Assembly (NCBI GenBank): GCA_013265495.1
Contig: MU058337.1
Span: forward strand, 3,900,880-3,964,879
Length of the DNA stretch: 64,000 nucleotides
Origin: Vicugna vicugna
Lineage: Eukaryota
Direction of reading: 5' to 3'
Part shown: positions 39,395-54,080 of the stretch, in pieces
How positions within the stretch are numbered: the first letter of the stretch is position 1
How the letters are laid out: every line of letters starts with the position of its first letter
Notes under the pieces: model-generated
Database searches by the model: none
What the model was told of the DNA's origin: nothing
The model's input: only the letters and a program-made list of their open reading frames with translations
Translations under genes and position numbers: made by a program

Positions 39395-40480
39395 TATTTA
39401 AGATACATTTATTGAGCATTAAAATATGCCCCGGGTGCACTTCTAGCTAGTAAGCAATAGAATACAACTTAACCAGTGGGAGGGAGACAGAAACGAAGAC
39501 GTCACACTGGTGATACTTGGCAGGAAATAGTAGGGAAGGAGGCAACAAAGCAGTTTGTTTTGTGAAGATGTGATGTGTTATAATTTTATAGAGAGAGGTC
39601 AGGAAGGGGAACAGTGGGGTGATAACTTTGGAGAGAAGACCCGAAGGTTTTGGCTGTTCCAGACTGATGAGGGAAGAGCAGATGCAAAGTCCAGGAGGAT
39701 GGGGTAAGCTTGGTTTATCTAAGGGGGGCAAAGAGGCCACTGTGGCTTTGCCAGGAGGGAGCAAGGGTGGCAGTTTAAGCAGTGAAACCAGAGATGAACA
39801 TGGCTTTGTAGTCAAGACCAAACATTGGAAGTGAGTGTGGAAGATGAAGGCTGATTAGCGGGCTATTGGAATATTCCCACCTAGGGGTGCTGGTAGCACA
39901 GGCCAAGTACTGTGACTAAAGTGCTTTAAAAGAGTTGGCCTGTGGATATATTTCTAAGGTAGAGTGAATAGGAGTTGCTGAAATTAGCCATGGGGAAGGG
40001 AAAAAGGGAAGTCCTTAAGGGTAACACTGGGTTTCTGCCCTGAGCAATGGATGGAGCAGGATAGAGAGGAGGGTCAAAAGTTTAGTTTAGAACCAGAGTT
40101 TGAGACCCTGATTAGATAAATGGAGATGGTGAATGAGCAGATATTTATATGAGTCATAAATTCCCAGGCTGAACAGAAAAGTCAGGGAGACTCTGCCAAT
40201 GGATTCCTTAAATCCATGAGACCGAATGAGCTCACTGAAGAATGAGTCTACATACAGGAGGAAGAGACCCAAGGACTCAACACTGAGCCACTCCCAAGGT
40301 TAGTGATAAAAAAGACACGGAAGCTTCAGCAAAGGAGACGGAGAAAGAGGCAGTCATGGAGCAGGGAACCCAGGGGAGAGTATGTTCCTGGAAGCTGCGT
40401 GAAGAATGAGATCCAAGAAGGAGCAAGTGTTAACACTGTGTCAGGGGCTGCAGATGAGGCAAGTGAGATGCGGACTGAGC
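39395..40480 (-). mobile_element. L2 remnant
   Basis: Begins CATTTATTGAGCA (L2 3' end, antisense), followed by a purine-rich body typical of antisense L2. Confidence 0.65.
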
Positions 40481-43169
40481 ACTGACAGCGGCCTCTGCCC
40501 GGGCGCAGCCCCGGGAGACTGACAGTCCCGCTTCAGAGCAGCGAACGGGGTCATGACGCTTAATGGTCACTTGGGTGAAGTGTCCCTCCCTCCTACCCTG
40601 GCTCGCCAGGGCCTTGGATTTTCTCCTGATCATTAGCTCCACGAAAATAGCTGACTTGGGGGAAAGATCGATCTTTCTCATTGTAGTTTTTTGTTCTCTC
40701 TTCAAGGAATTCACCTGGTTTCAATTATTAGGACTTTTATTAGATAGTTGTTTCTGTGTTTGTGTGTATGTATACGTGTGTGCGTGCTTTAATTTCCAAA
40801 CCAGAGCGGCTTTGATCCTAGGAAAGAGAATACTCAGCATTCCATCCAGATGAGTATTGCTGCTAAGCCCTGTATTTGCTTTTCTCCTCCCCTGCTAGCT
40901 TAAACTCTATGGAGGCCAATTAAACTGCCTACACCAGCATCAAACACAACACACACTATCTCGACATGTAGGTGATTATAAGCATCCAACTGTATTTTAG
41001 CATCAGTACCGAGCTGTGCAGGGGGTTTTCACTTTTACATGAACTGTCTTTTGAATAGAAACACATTGTAACTTGCAATGCACTCAGGTTCTCAGGAGTA
41101 TTGCCTTTAACTACAGGAAGACACCTGCACTGAACTTCCTCCTCATAATTAGCGAGGTCAGATCACTCTTGACATGTGTGTTTTTCGGTTCTTGCCCATT
41201 TTCTGAGGCCTGATGATTAAGTCTGATGTATGACTCACTCACTAAAGTCATTATAAAAAAGGTAAATAAAACATTTTAGCCGTGTCTGAAAACTCAGAGG
41301 AGAGTAATTCCTGCTAGGGGAAGAAATGAGGCCAGTAAGTTCTTAAGAGTATGAAAATATAGAAGTTTGTAAACCTCGCAGGAATACGTGCCTCAGACTA
41401 CTCTGAACAAACATATTGGAAAATTATGTTCTCACTGAAAAATTGCCTCTATTTAAAATGCTGGAGAGGCTAGTACGTTAAATAAGGAGATCATATGAAC
41501 AAGTACCATCTAAATCTGCATTACTTTTCTCCTTTGTGATTTAGGGAAAAAACACTTGCATTAACTTATAGATATGCACAAATTGGCACAAAGGAATCTT
41601 GAAAGCATCTGCCTTACTAACCAATAGACAGTAACCACCTGGAGAGACACTGCTCACTGTCACCACCGGGCGACGTAACTGGTGGTGGCCCTGGTGATGG
41701 TGTGCCGCTGGCCAGGAGGGAAGCCCAGCAGGCCTTTTTGTCTGCTTTCTGCAAGTGAAAATGAGATGACCTGGTAACTTAGTCAGAGGGGTTGTGCTGA
41801 CGGTGCATTATTCGGCGCTCACGTGTGCTTGGAAGAGGGCTAGAGGCAACCACAGACACTCACTCCACACCCAGGCTACAGAGTGCGTACAAACAGCAGT
41901 TTCTTGAAGGCTATTCGTTCGTCCATTGATTCATTTGCTTCCTCAGTCATCCTCATTGAACATCACTATGTTCCAGGAGCTCTGTTTGTTTACCTCCAGC
42001 AGAGGGATTTCAGTGGAGACAATTTCAGAGCAGACGGAATGGCAGGTTGATGCCATGAGAGGCCAAAGGAAGCAGTGTGGGTGCCTGTAAGGACTCATGC
42101 GCTCAACCTGCACGAAGCTCAAGTTTGCCGATTCTTATCTTAAATGTCACTTCTCCCCTGGCCCCTCCAATCTAAACTGCTTCCCGTACTATTTCCTCTT
42201 AGTTCTCTGTTACGATCCTTTATACCATTATCACAAATTACAATTTGTATATCACATTTGTGTGGGTGATTTAATCAATGTCTACCCTACCAGAGGCAGC
42301 ATCCACGAGGAGAGAGAGCTTGCTGGACTTGGTCAACACTATATACTCTGTGCCAAGCATTGAGCATGCACATTCAATGAACTGAACATTCTTAAACATT
42401 CTTAAACTAAACAAATATAACAGAACTTTCTAGGCATTATGCTTTGTTTCCTAGGAAATTTTCAGTATTTTTATCCTTTATAGCTCCAATAATATATTCT
42501 TTTATTCTGGATAATTTGCATTGGCCATGAACTTCTTTGCTACCACTCCACCCAAATTCCCAGTGCCTTCCTGAGTTTAGATGTCTAGAATTGTTTCTTC
42601 TATTCCCTGTATTCTACTATATTTCCAAGTACAAAATCATTTAAATACTTGAAAAATGGGAGGAGCGGGGCGTTTACCTTTCTTGAAACTACGCAGCACT
42701 GATACTTTTACCTTTATGCCTTTGAGCATCGGCACAGAGCAGAGGTCTCAACCCAGATCATGTCAGCAGTTCTTACGCATCTGCAAGTTTCCTCCTCCTC
42801 CCAGCAGTTTCAAGGCCCTCCTCCCATCCTCAGCATCCAGCATCTCCTTGGTTATCCCAGGCTGCACCTCAGCATCTCCCACTTTTACACACTTCCTGCT
42901 TTACTTTCTTCTGAAATATGCAGCACCCAGTTGCCTCGTTTTCAAATTATTTTCATCAGCAAATCTCATCTCAAAATTCATGCATACTAAAGCTAAAACT
43001 TCTTGTGACTGAAGAGAAATTATATGGAGTGAAATCTCTGTGCGTTTGAGTTCCTATTAGGGGAAACTGGAATTTCTAACACTTGATGAGATCCATACGT
43101 CATGTGTTAGCAACCTCTGGGCTCATTTAGTGCTCTTTAAAAAATGGTGGTTCTTTCTTATTGCTTCTT

Positions 43170-44050
43170 TGAACTACTGTACCAGTTATCATACCACTAG
43201 CTGAATATCTCCTAGGTCCAGGCACTACAGCAGACACTTCAGAGTTGATACATCGACAGCCATTGACCTTCACTTCTGGGGATACACACTGCCTTGGTTT
43301 TCCTCCTTCTCAGTTGCTGTTCTCCATCTATTTAACTCCTAAATGCTTAGTATTTGGGGATTGTCTGGGGCCCTCTTCTCTATTCTCCTGGAATTGATGA
43401 TTTTCATACAGACCAATAGCTTTAACTACGACACAGCCTTAAGATGGATAACTCCACCCCTTGAATCCGGACTCTTAACTCCAGGTTCCTAATGTGTTGT
43501 CTCCAGCTGAATATCCAGCAGGCATCTAAAAATTATCATGACCAAAGTTGTCCTTCCCCTGGTATTTGCCAAATTCTCAAGGTGCAAACAATCACCCAGT
43601 TGCTCAAACCAAGAAACTCCAATCCAACTTTGATTCCCCACTTTGCATATCTAATTATTATGAAGCTTTATTGTTTTATTTAAATTTTTATCTTGAATCT
43701 GCCCACCTTCCCTAATTTACATTCAGCCACTGCACTACACCCAGCCAGCACCTCAGCTGCATGATTGTAAGATCCGCTTTCCCAAGTCCTGGTTTCCACT
43801 GCTGACCATACTCTCCTCTCCATACCAGTAGTGTCTCACTTTGCAAGAGAAGCAGTGTCATCCCCTTGTTTGTGACCTCTCAGTTGTTCTCTGTTGTATT
43901 TACAATCAGATCAAAACACCTCACTGAGTCTTATAAAGTGACACGAGATCTGGCCCTGCCTGCACCCTTCACCTCCCCTGCTGCCGCTCTCTCCCGACCC
44001 CACCAGCCTCCCTGTCAGGTCCTTGAACCTGTCAAGGTCCATTCTCTCCT
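43170..44050 (+). mobile_element. L2 remnant
   Basis: ATCACCCAGTTGCTCAAACCAAGAAAC, CTTGAATCTGCCCACCTTC, ATCTGGCCCTGCCTGC. Confidence 0.6.
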
Positions 44051-44506
44051 CAGGGCGGGCAAGGGGCAGAAGGTGAACAATTCTGCTTCATCGTAGCAAA
44101 GCACCGCAACCTTTAAAACACTCTTAGGCTTTATGTTGATCTTGAAGCTTGTCCTGTGTGTGGTAAGGAAGTGCTTCTACAATCTCTGACTCTGCTGCTT
44201 CCTGAAAGTGAGAATCAGGGCCTTCTTATCCCCTAAGACCCCGTGGCCCTGTAAGGTTTGCTGGATGAGTGAATCAATGAGCGAATCTGTACAGGATGCA
44301 GAAGCCCCGCCCATCCCACCTGCAAGGAAGGAGTATTGCTTGCTCAGCTTCCTCCTAGCACTCGCACCTGGGTGAGGTAGTGCTGAGGTAAGGACCCGTA
44401 GACCCGGGCTCTACTTATCCATTTATTAAATGTGTGATCTTAAGCAGCAAGTACCTCTCCTAAAGCCCTGCATCCTCAGTTGTGAAATGGAGGCTTTGGA
44501 GTGGAT

Positions 44507-44730
44507 TGGTGGTTCTCCAACTTTCTAAATGAAACAAAGATTTTAAAGCAAAATTAGACAATGAGCTGTAATATATGAATCTTTAAAAATGATGCTGCCT
44601 CGGTTGAATGGACTGGTGTTCATGGAGTCCTGCCAATCAGTAAACTCCTCTATCCCTGCCTCTGGAGATCCCAGAGGCACCCCGAGAGATGCCGGAGGGC
44701 TCTGCAAAGCCCAGTTCAAAAGCCACTGGA
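44507..44730. mobile_element. hAT-Charlie (MER5-group-like) remnant
   Basis: TGGTGGTTCTCCAACTTT at the left end and CAGTTCAAAAGCCACTGG at the right end resemble Charlie TIRs. Confidence 0.45.
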
Positions 44731-47700
44731 CTCAAAAGTCCCTGAGGCCCCGGGGAGATCTAACATTTCATGATTCCAACTCTGAAATAAACAACAGATG
44801 TTGCCAACTAAAGCCGAATGAAATGTATTCATGCACTCCTTTAAAAATTAAATGGAGGACTTTTCTCCCCTTTAAAAATCAAGCAAAATTCATTGCTTGG
44901 AATTCCGACAGAGTATACAAAGAGCCTTTTAAATGCTAAAGAACATTCATAAATGACTTTGTCACAAAGTGTTACAAGATTTTGCAAAATTGAACTTATG
45001 TAGGTTTTTGCTGACTTGAAGTGTTATTGATTAGAAAATACCTTCTACCCTCCGGGCCACGCACGCCTCAGAAGGTTCCAGATCCAGGAACTCGAGTCGG
45101 CTCACCTATGTACTGGAAAGGTCAACCCGCCATGGAAACCCATTAAAACACGTGCGAGCCTTCACTCAGCTTGGAGGTTGAGAGTGGCAGATCCAATCTC
45201 ACCCAGAGCCACACTGCAGCCTCCAGGAGGCTGATGTAATTCTCCTGCGACCCTGTGGTTTAAACGAAATTGATTATTCAAAAATATTAGATATGGCATT
45301 GCTTGCTTTTTCACATTGCATTAAGCACTCCCATACATAGAAGCAGAAACTAGGCAGACAAATACACAGAGATGTGCATGCTGCCTCCCTCCCTCATGCA
45401 TATGCATGCACACACCTGCACATGGGCACACGCGTCCAGAGAGGAGGCAGCAACATTAATAGCTTACATATGTGTACGGATTTACATTTGTAAAACACTT
45501 TAATATAGCAGTCCATTCAATCCCCCTAAGAACCTGTAAGCTGGGTAGTTAAGAGCTTCTATGTACGAAAAAAAAAAGTGCACTAAGTGATTTTCATACA
45601 CTTATCTTGTTTAACTGTTTCCATATTTCAGTTGAAAAGATGGCGGCTCCAAGAACTCAAGTGGCTTACTCAACATCATGACGCCAGAAAGGCAGATTAG
45701 TGAATAAAAACCGGGGCTATTGACTGTTGAGGGAAATAACATTCGTCCATCACTCAGGTCCAACTAAATCCCAAAACAGAACATGGGTTGTTTTTTGTAC
45801 AAAAATTTGCTCTAACAGAGCAGTTGTTTTGGATCGTTTTTCTAATGTAAAGCTAGATTTCAATAGGTCCATTCATGTCTACCACGTCAGACGGCACCAT
45901 TTATGACAAGCTGGGTGAAGTCAGAGCTGCAAACTAGGTCACCCAAGGTTCATCTTATTGACCTTGACCTCATTCATCGCCTTGCTAATCAATAGAAAGA
46001 AGATTCTGATAAGAGGAGTAACCTTGGGGCAATGGTTTGCATCTTCCTCCAAACATGCCACCTTCCCAATGGAACCATAACCGCAACCCCTTGCTTTCCA
46101 CTTCCCCCCTTGCAGTTGATGTTATATTTTCTCTTCTGTGTGATGAGATATATGATCTCCCCTGTCTCCTTAATTTTGAGCTGGCAGGATTAGCGACTGA
46201 TCTTGGAGGAAAAGGAGAAATGTGATGATTACCTTTAGTGGTTTAGGAACTTTATACCGCTGGGTCTCATTAATAGGACACCAGCCAAGAAATTTCATTC
46301 ACATGTAGTTTAAGCCCGTTGTGCAAAATCTCCAGAGCCTGCCACGGCCTGGAAGTTGTGAAAACAATCCTGGATTAAGCTGTTCCGTGAGGAAGGAATG
46401 AGAATTGCCCAAGATAAACTACCAGTCCTGTAACTAAATGGTACAGAGCTTCTAGGGAAGAAGAAAGATAAATGATTTCCTTGATTACAGATCTCTCACT
46501 CCTATAGAAAACCTACTCTCCAACTCTGAGGCCATGTTATTGGAAGAGCACCATCTGCCACTGGCCCAGCTCTAATGAAGAAAGAGTTCAATATAGTAGT
46601 GATGGATTCTTTCAGTGGCCCCATTCATCCTGGGGAGGCTATTCTGACCACTTCCTGCAGCAGCGTGCCTTCCCCTGCTGCTGTTGTTCTGTGTGGAAGG
46701 TGATTTTTCCTAGGAAACAGGACAAGGAGAGATTTCAAAGATGTGGTGCTGCAGTCCTGCAGTTGGCCCCACAACCTACTGCGTAGCTCATAACATACTA
46801 GACAGTTACCATGGGACTCAGTTTATCCAGAAGTGGACTTAACACAAGTCACCCAGAAGTTCTTAGTACAACTGTGTAGTAACTGTAAACATCTGTACAT
46901 CCCTAGAAGAACGTGATGCTAGAATTGTGGTTCCTCCTAAGGAAAACACCTTCTCATGTTTGATTCTCTGTTCCAAGAGATAATTGACACAGTATTGACT
47001 TCTAAAGTGAATTTCAATCCCACACCCACCACCCAGGGAGAAGCTCAGAGCTATGTGAGGATGTCAGCTGGAACACTCTAGATTCAATTTCCAGATTTAA
47101 TGCCTTGTACACATGTGAATTAATGATGCTCACATTGTAGTCCTGTCCTCTCTGTAGTAACTTTAATGCCTGTGTTTCTCAACCTGACTCACTAATGTAC
47201 CCACTCAGTTTCTGGTCATCAATTCAATAGGGATCAGCAGAGTCCCTCTAGTAGAAAAAGTGCAAAGCCAGAGAGGGAGGGGGGTGGAGGAAGCCAAGGA
47301 GAGCAAGGCTAAATGTGTCATCATCATAGCAAAAACACCTGGAGAGAGAAAATTATGAGTCTTCTTTCTCCATTGGCCTGGAAACAAGGACATTCAATCA
47401 TAGTTATGGTGAACATATTTCCCATACCAAAATCTTTTGGAACAAATCGTCTCACTAGGAACCTTTGTACCACTGCTGAGGGTGACTTATAGGAGCTAGA
47501 GATATAGTTTGGGTCCTGAAATATGAGTATCTAAAACACATAGATAGATTCAGAGTGAACAATAAAGTAAATTTTAAAATGATGCCGTCTAGCAAAATTC
47601 AAAGATATGTGTTCACAGAAGTCATACTCAGCATAAAATTACCATTTTATATCAACACAATAGTGGGTAGAACTGACTGAGAGACCTTGAACGCTTGGTC

Positions 47701-48775
47701 TCTTCAGGCATCAGTTTCCACATCTGAAAATTGAGGGGGATATGTTAGATAACTTCAAGTTCACTTCCTGAGCTAATATGCTATAATTCTATAATTTATT
47801 CTTTATGCTTTTATAGTCTTGCTTCAGAATTATAACATGTACACACACGCACGAGTCATTTACATATCCACTCATAAGCTTGGCTTTTGCCATTATTGAC
47901 TTCTATTATGGTAACTACACCCTGTCTTTTTCCCCATATGTTGGTCTTTCAGTCAGGAACACCTCCAGGTCTTTGCCCAATGACAGAATAGGATGACGTC
48001 TAAGTATTCAGTAAATAACCAGAATGCACACTTCCTCAGAACTCTGGGCTCTGGTCATCACAGCTGTCCACCTTGTATGTCAGTTTGTGACTCCATGATG
48101 AAATAAGAACATCCAGTCTTGGTATCTCCAGCTCCCAGAAGTTTGGCTGAAGCTGGTTTCACCACCTCTCTACTTTCTGGCAATGGAAAGAATAATGGTA
48201 TTGCATTACCACTTGGACCAGTACATTCATATCCAACAGCCAAGTTGCTCTTCTTAAAGTCCTAGTTTCTCTAACAAAGTGGGTAGAATAACAGTATCTA
48301 CTTCATGTCTCTGGTGAGAAACAAATGAAATAATGAATATAAATTATTTTGTCTGGTACAAACTTTTTGTTCTCCAAAGCAGTAAAATAAGCTAAAGGCT
48401 ATGCGAGCAGCCTCTGTCACCAAGAGGTATTGTATCAACTCATCCTCAGACAATCAGCCTCTGAATCAGCATCCGTTCTTGAATGCCCTGGTTCCACGAT
48501 TAGGTGCGATTCCATAAATGACTGTGCGGAAAACAGCTAGAGAGAGAGAGGCAGAGTGCAAGTCCCATGAGCTGGAACCCATGCCTATAGAGAGAGATTA
48601 CTCCAGATGTCCCAGTAGCCTCACAGTTAGGAGAATACATGTTTTTGATACGGGAACAGGTAATTTCTTTTTTTGGCAAATTTAGTAGACTCATCAAAGA
48701 TGTAGACAGAGACCTATTTACAAGGATATAGTTATTGACATTTATTTAGAACAGTAAAAACCAGATTATAAGGAA

Positions 48776-49282
48776 TGTGATGTTAATTTTATGTGTCAAC
48801 TTGGCTAGGCTGTTGTGCCCAGTTGGTTGGTCAAACACCAGTGTAGATGTTGCTGGGAACATATTTCTTAGATGTAATTAACACTTAATTCAATAGCCTT
48901 TGAGTAAAGCAGATCACCCTCCATAATGCAGGTGGGCCTCTTCCAGTTGATTAAAGGCCTTAAGAGCAAAGACTGAGGCTTCCTAAAGAAGAAGCAGTTT
49001 TGCCTAAAGCTTACAACATATAAATTCTGCAGATTTCAGACTCGAGAAAGTAATGTCTACTTTTCCCTCACCTTCCAGCCTGCTGGCCTGCTCTACAGAT
49101 TTCAGACTTCAGACCCACAATCACATGAGATTAAAAAATGTCCCCCCATCTCTCTCTCTTTCTCTTTCTCTCTCTCTCTCTCTCTTTCTCACTCTCTTCA
49201 TTAAAGAAAGATAGATAGATAGATAGACAGACAGATAGACAGACAGACCATCTTATTTCTGTTCTCAGGAGAACGCTTACTA
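48776..49282 (+). mobile_element. MLT2-type (ERVL) solo LTR with internal microsatellites
   Basis: Starts TGTGATGTTAATTTTATGTGTCAACTTGGCTAGGC; contains TGAGTAAAGCAGATCACCCTCCATAATGCAGGTGGGCCTC; ends near TTTCTGTTCTCAGGAGAAC. Confidence 0.88.
49148..49248 (+). repeat. Compound (CT)n plus (GATA/GACA)n microsatellite inside the MLT2 LTR
   Basis: Read directly from the sequence. Confidence 0.9.
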
Positions 49283-50339
49283 GAAGAGGGAATGATCACA
49301 AATATAAAGTTGAAACATAAGAAACTACTGTTTTCGTAGCTCAAAAACAATTGAATATTGGCAGTTTCATCCAGTTTGACTGATACACACATATACATAT
49401 GAATGCTAAAATAAGGGGGAAAAATTTGAGCACTCAATCCCTGGTTTGTAAGGTTATGAGTGGTTTTATTCTTCATAGCTTTTTCATCTTTTAATTATCT
49501 AACATTAATACATAATATTTTAAAATTACAAAGATACATTTATATGTTAGTCAACCCAGAGTGTTTTCTCCAATAGCACCATAAAACCCAAAATAAGTTA
49601 AGCTGTTGTAAATCATTAAAGGCCTCCTTTTAAACATCACTGCTATGTGGTAGCCCTTTTGTTTATTAGCATCCTAACAAAAGCATAAACCTTCAGGAAT
49701 GTGAGAGTGTGACAGACAGATACTGGTGAGTGAGGAAATGGTAAAAGAGAGCACAGCACCTTGCCTTGAAGAAAATGGTTTCAGGAAAGGGAACCGCGGT
49801 GGAATGTTCAGGAAAGGGATGTCAGAGACTGCAGGGAAACCCTAGAAGGCCGCTAGGAGAGCAGAAGAAGAGAGGATCAGCTACTGGGAGGAAGACGAGG
49901 CTTTGAAACCACACACATCACAAGTGGCTTAGAACCAGTCATGCATTGGTAGCAAATGGAATTGGGTCCTGGTGTCAGGTTCCCAGGACGCAAAGACAAC
50001 AGATGCTGGCTTTAGTCAGACTCACTTGGTTTGATTTGGTTTGGGTTTCTAAACAGAGCAATGACCAAGACCAGTGGGTGTAAAAGACAAATACCTTTAG
50101 CAGAGCTCTTAAAGGTAAATGTTTATCGTTATTTTTCAAAGCATTAGGGTGCTGTGTAATAATAGAAAACATTCCCCTGAATGTCAAGAATTCCACAATT
50201 TCTCTATAGGGACAGACTACTTAGGGGTTTTCCTTCTGAATGTCTGCTGTACGTGGTAAGAGTCGTAATTCTGGGAGATTATGAAGAATGATCAAATGAC
50301 TTGGCTTGGGGAATCCTGTTAAAAGATTGCACAGTTCCT

Positions 50340-50833
50340 TTTAGCATCTGATCAGTACTTCTTCCCAATCCCTTTTCTACTACATGAAACCATCCACTGA
50401 AGCACCCTCGCACACCTGCCTTATCTAGTGTAGACCGGCTGTACGCATGGCCCAATACTGCATGTCTCCCTTTGGCAGTGCTTTTCTTCACTGACCATAT
50501 ACTTGGCAGTGTGGCTCAGTTTGCCCAAGGGGCAGCAGCAAAATTCATATAAGCAGAGACATACACATTTTGGCTGCCTCTTCTGCTCCTTTGCCTTCAC
50601 CTTGACATCATGCTTGGGCTACCCTGCCAAAGCAGAAGATACATAAAGCAGACATGTGTCTTAGTTGCCTAGCTGAGGCCCCAGCCTGTGAAAGAGGCCA
50701 GATAAAGGCAAGAAAGCCATCTAGCCATCAATTAAGCACAAATCAGTGTTTTATTGTTGGTTCCCACCGAATCAACTATAGTTTTGTTGTTGTTCGTTAT
50801 GGGGCATTACTGCAGCCTTAGAAAGCTGATACA
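50340..50833 (+). mobile_element. Old MLT1 (H/I-like) LTR remnant
   Basis: Ends TTGTTCGTTATGGGGCATTACTGCAGCCTTAGAAAGCTGATACA, as old MLT1 3' ends do; left boundary uncertain. Confidence 0.5.
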
Positions 50834-52127
50834 TCTGGGCAGGACCTTATGCTCAGCCTTTCTTCCACTCCTTACTTCTCACTAAAACCAATCACTCTTA
50901 AGTCATTCCATCAGTCCTAGTCGATGTCCTCTAATGTATATGACTTTTTTAGTGTATTATAAGAATGGATAAAATTATGCCATTTTTGGTTGCTTTATTA
51001 GGAACATTAATGGTATCAGGAGAATTTCCACATTTCCTACTTGTAAGAAATTAATATAGGACAGACCGCAAAAAATAAAATGTCAAAGTAACTGCAATGC
51101 TGGGATCGACGGGTAAGAAGATGTCCCAGGGGTAAAGGCTAGAAGGGTGGCCCAGGCATTCAGCTGGGGGCGCATATCAGACAAGTGCTGGTGTCAGGGA
51201 GGCCAAGGTGCAGGGAGAGGTGTCCTGAGGGGAGCAGGTACTGCATGGTAGCAAGATTGAAGATGCAAACTACATCCACAGATCTGGAAAGATCAACAGC
51301 TTCACAGAGAATAAAAACAACTAAGGAGGCAATGTTTTCAGGAGTGTTGGCAGGAGAGAATCCCCAGCTGGAGGGGTCAGAGTCAGAGCCTCAGTTTTAA
51401 AGCAACAGAAAAGGGAACCTGAACCTGAACCAGTGTCTTACTGGCAACAGAGCAGAAACTGGGTAATTAGCACCAGTGGAAAGTCAGAGCCTCTCCAAAA
51501 TAAAAAAAGTAGGTTTGATGCTGTATACGCTGAATTACTGAAGTCAAGTGACTTTTCTTTCTTTGGCTTTTGTAGGTTTGAAACAGGAAAATAATTACAG
51601 AAACTGGGTTCCTTGCCCTGCACTTGAAAATGTAAATCAGTGTGCCAGTCAGTATGATTTGGATAACTTTTTACCTTTAAAAAAAAGTATTGATTTTAAA
51701 TGTCTACCAAACTTGTGAGCAAAATACAATCGATAGAAGAATTAAAGACTTTTTCAAATTGTATGTGAAGTGGTACTTACACAGACACAGCCTGAAGACA
51801 GTTAAAACAATTATTCAGAAAATTCAGACTCTTGCAAATCTTTAATTAATGAAAAACAATATGTTTTAGCCTAAATTATTCCAGTTGACTGTTTAAATTG
51901 ATGAAATTCATCAAACATCGCACAACTTTATACCTCATTTTGCCCATGTACAACCAGAATCCTCCTAATGGTTGCTCTAATTGCATGCAGTAAGCTCCAA
52001 AAACTAAGTCCAGAGTCATGGCAGTCAGATCTTAATAATTTGATACCCTCAAGCCTTCCAAAATTGGAGACAAATTTAAATCTAAAGTAAAAGCATAGTT
52101 CCCAGTAGGTCTCAAAAATTGCTGGAC

Positions 52128-52130
<3 letters not shown>

Positions 52131-52161
<31 letters not shown>

Positions 52162-52188
52162 GTGGGTGTGTGAATGTGTGTGTGTGTG
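52131..52188 (+). repeat. (TG)14 microsatellite with an interrupted TG extension
   Basis: Read directly from the sequence. Confidence 0.95.
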
Positions 52189-53699
52189 CATGCTTTGTTT
52201 ATAATTATTACACCAGGTACATAAAGTGCAACTTGCATAAAAATTTCCTAAAAACTACACATCTGATACAAAATTAGTTTTCCTTCATGAACTGGACTGT
52301 AGATTAATCTAAGTACGTTGCATACATTTTAATATTGGCTTGTACTTGCTTCTGTCTGCTCTACTCCAAAGTATCAGACACATTTGTCAGCTTTATCTGC
52401 TGCAGGCAGGTAGAATTTGAGGCCATCACTCAGCAGTTTAGTATGCAAGAGAAGCCAAGCCTAAGCTTACTAATGTAGATGAGAGTAACAGAATCAGAGA
52501 AAGTGCCCTCTGTTCCATGAGAAGAAATTTCTTGGCACTCCCTTGGCATGCTTGAGGTTGATGGTTTCTCTACAAAATTATAGGAAGGCTTGAGGAAAAC
52601 CTAACATGATGTGTTCTGCAATAGACAACATAGAATCCAGAGACGCAGTTCTTCCTCAATTGGAGTTTAGTAAAGGACTTTTTTTTTCTTACCAGACTGA
52701 TTCTATGGTGCGTCCATCCCAGAAAGCATCAGAGAAGCCAGGCAAGTTCAATTGTTAATTAAATGTAAGTTTCCTGGTGACTCACAATAGTCATATTTAG
52801 AGACAGGCAGAATTAGGCTCTTCCATGGCTAATGTCTTGCTTCCAATCTCCCTTGCCCTTTTAGGAAGCCATACTTTCCATAAGGTCTCATGCAGCAGAA
52901 AGATCTTGACTCTCGTTGCCTATTCGTCCAAAGTCAGGCCCAGGCCAGCTTCCCCAAGGTTGGACCTTCTCCATTTTTGTATCTGGTGATGCCTGCATGG
53001 ATGTGGGCTGACCGAACCAGATCTTGATTCTTAACTTTTGCCAGCCTCTCAAAGACTGAGCTGGGGCTTTTTGCTTGTCCTTCCCCCACTGCTCCTCCCT
53101 TTTACTACCACCAAACAACATTGTCAGTATCACTCAGGGCTATTCTAAGTGCTTCACGGCAACTGAAGGTATCAGTGTCTGGAATTTTGAGAAAGACATA
53201 GTTTGGAACAACTCCACAGCACAAGAATGTTTACAATCATGAAATCAAGTCTGAGTAGAGTGAAGGAAAGCAGAAAAGATGTCCCCAAGTCACTGCATGA
53301 TACCCAGAACAGTCAGATGTTTTTTGTGAAAGGGAGTGGGCAGTATGCTACCCTTTGCCTTCGAGACCATGGCACATGATGGTTTCGCTGGGTGCATCTG
53401 GAGACCCTGCAGCAGTCATCAAACGCTCTCACCCATGAGCAGCTGGCCATACCTGAAGCTCCTTGAAGGCAACACCATTGCTTCCCAGTATCCTGCACAA
53501 GGCAGTACACAGTAGGAGCTCAATAAATATGTCTTGAATTAATCCATTCCTTTAGAAGATCCATCATCATCAACTGACACACATGATTTTTTAGTTTGAT
53601 TGGTATTTTTGTGAGTTGTATGGAAATAAAGTCTATTATTTTGTTTTTCTTATTAGAAAAGGAATATGGATTCATTATAGTATACTTGAAAATATAAAG

Positions 53700-54080
53700 A
53701 TGCAAAGGTATATCCCTGTGTATTACTTACTTTTTCACTAATACACAGTCAACATCTTGCCATGTGATTGGATAGTGTTCTACAGCACGTGAATGGCTAC
53801 ATACCATTCCATTACAAGAAATATCATTATTATTTGATTCAGTTATCATTGGTTAGCAAGTAGAACAGTGAATGGCTCAGAGCAGTGGTTTAGTATGTAT
53901 TTTTGAAAGAGTAAGTGAATTGAAGAGACATTTAGTTTTTCCTCCATTTCCCTCTATTAAAAATAACACAGCCGTGAACACGTTTGTGATTAAATCTTTA
54001 TGTACATACATAATTCAGCCTTTGGGTGAATTCCTAGACATTAAAATGCTGGTCAAAGAGTACAAATTTGCTGGATTTTA
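53700..54080 (-). mobile_element. Ancient L1ME-like 3' fragment
   Basis: AATGGCTACATACCATTCCATT, AATAACACAGCCGTGAACAC, TTCCTAGACATTAAAATGCTGGTCAAAG. Confidence 0.55.

Noticed and set aside
42385..42407. AACATTCTTA duplicated in tandem
   Set aside because: An ordinary slippage duplication.
51898..51914. TTGATGAA-A-TTCATCAA palindrome
   Set aside because: AT-rich 8-bp arms are expected by chance in 64 kb.
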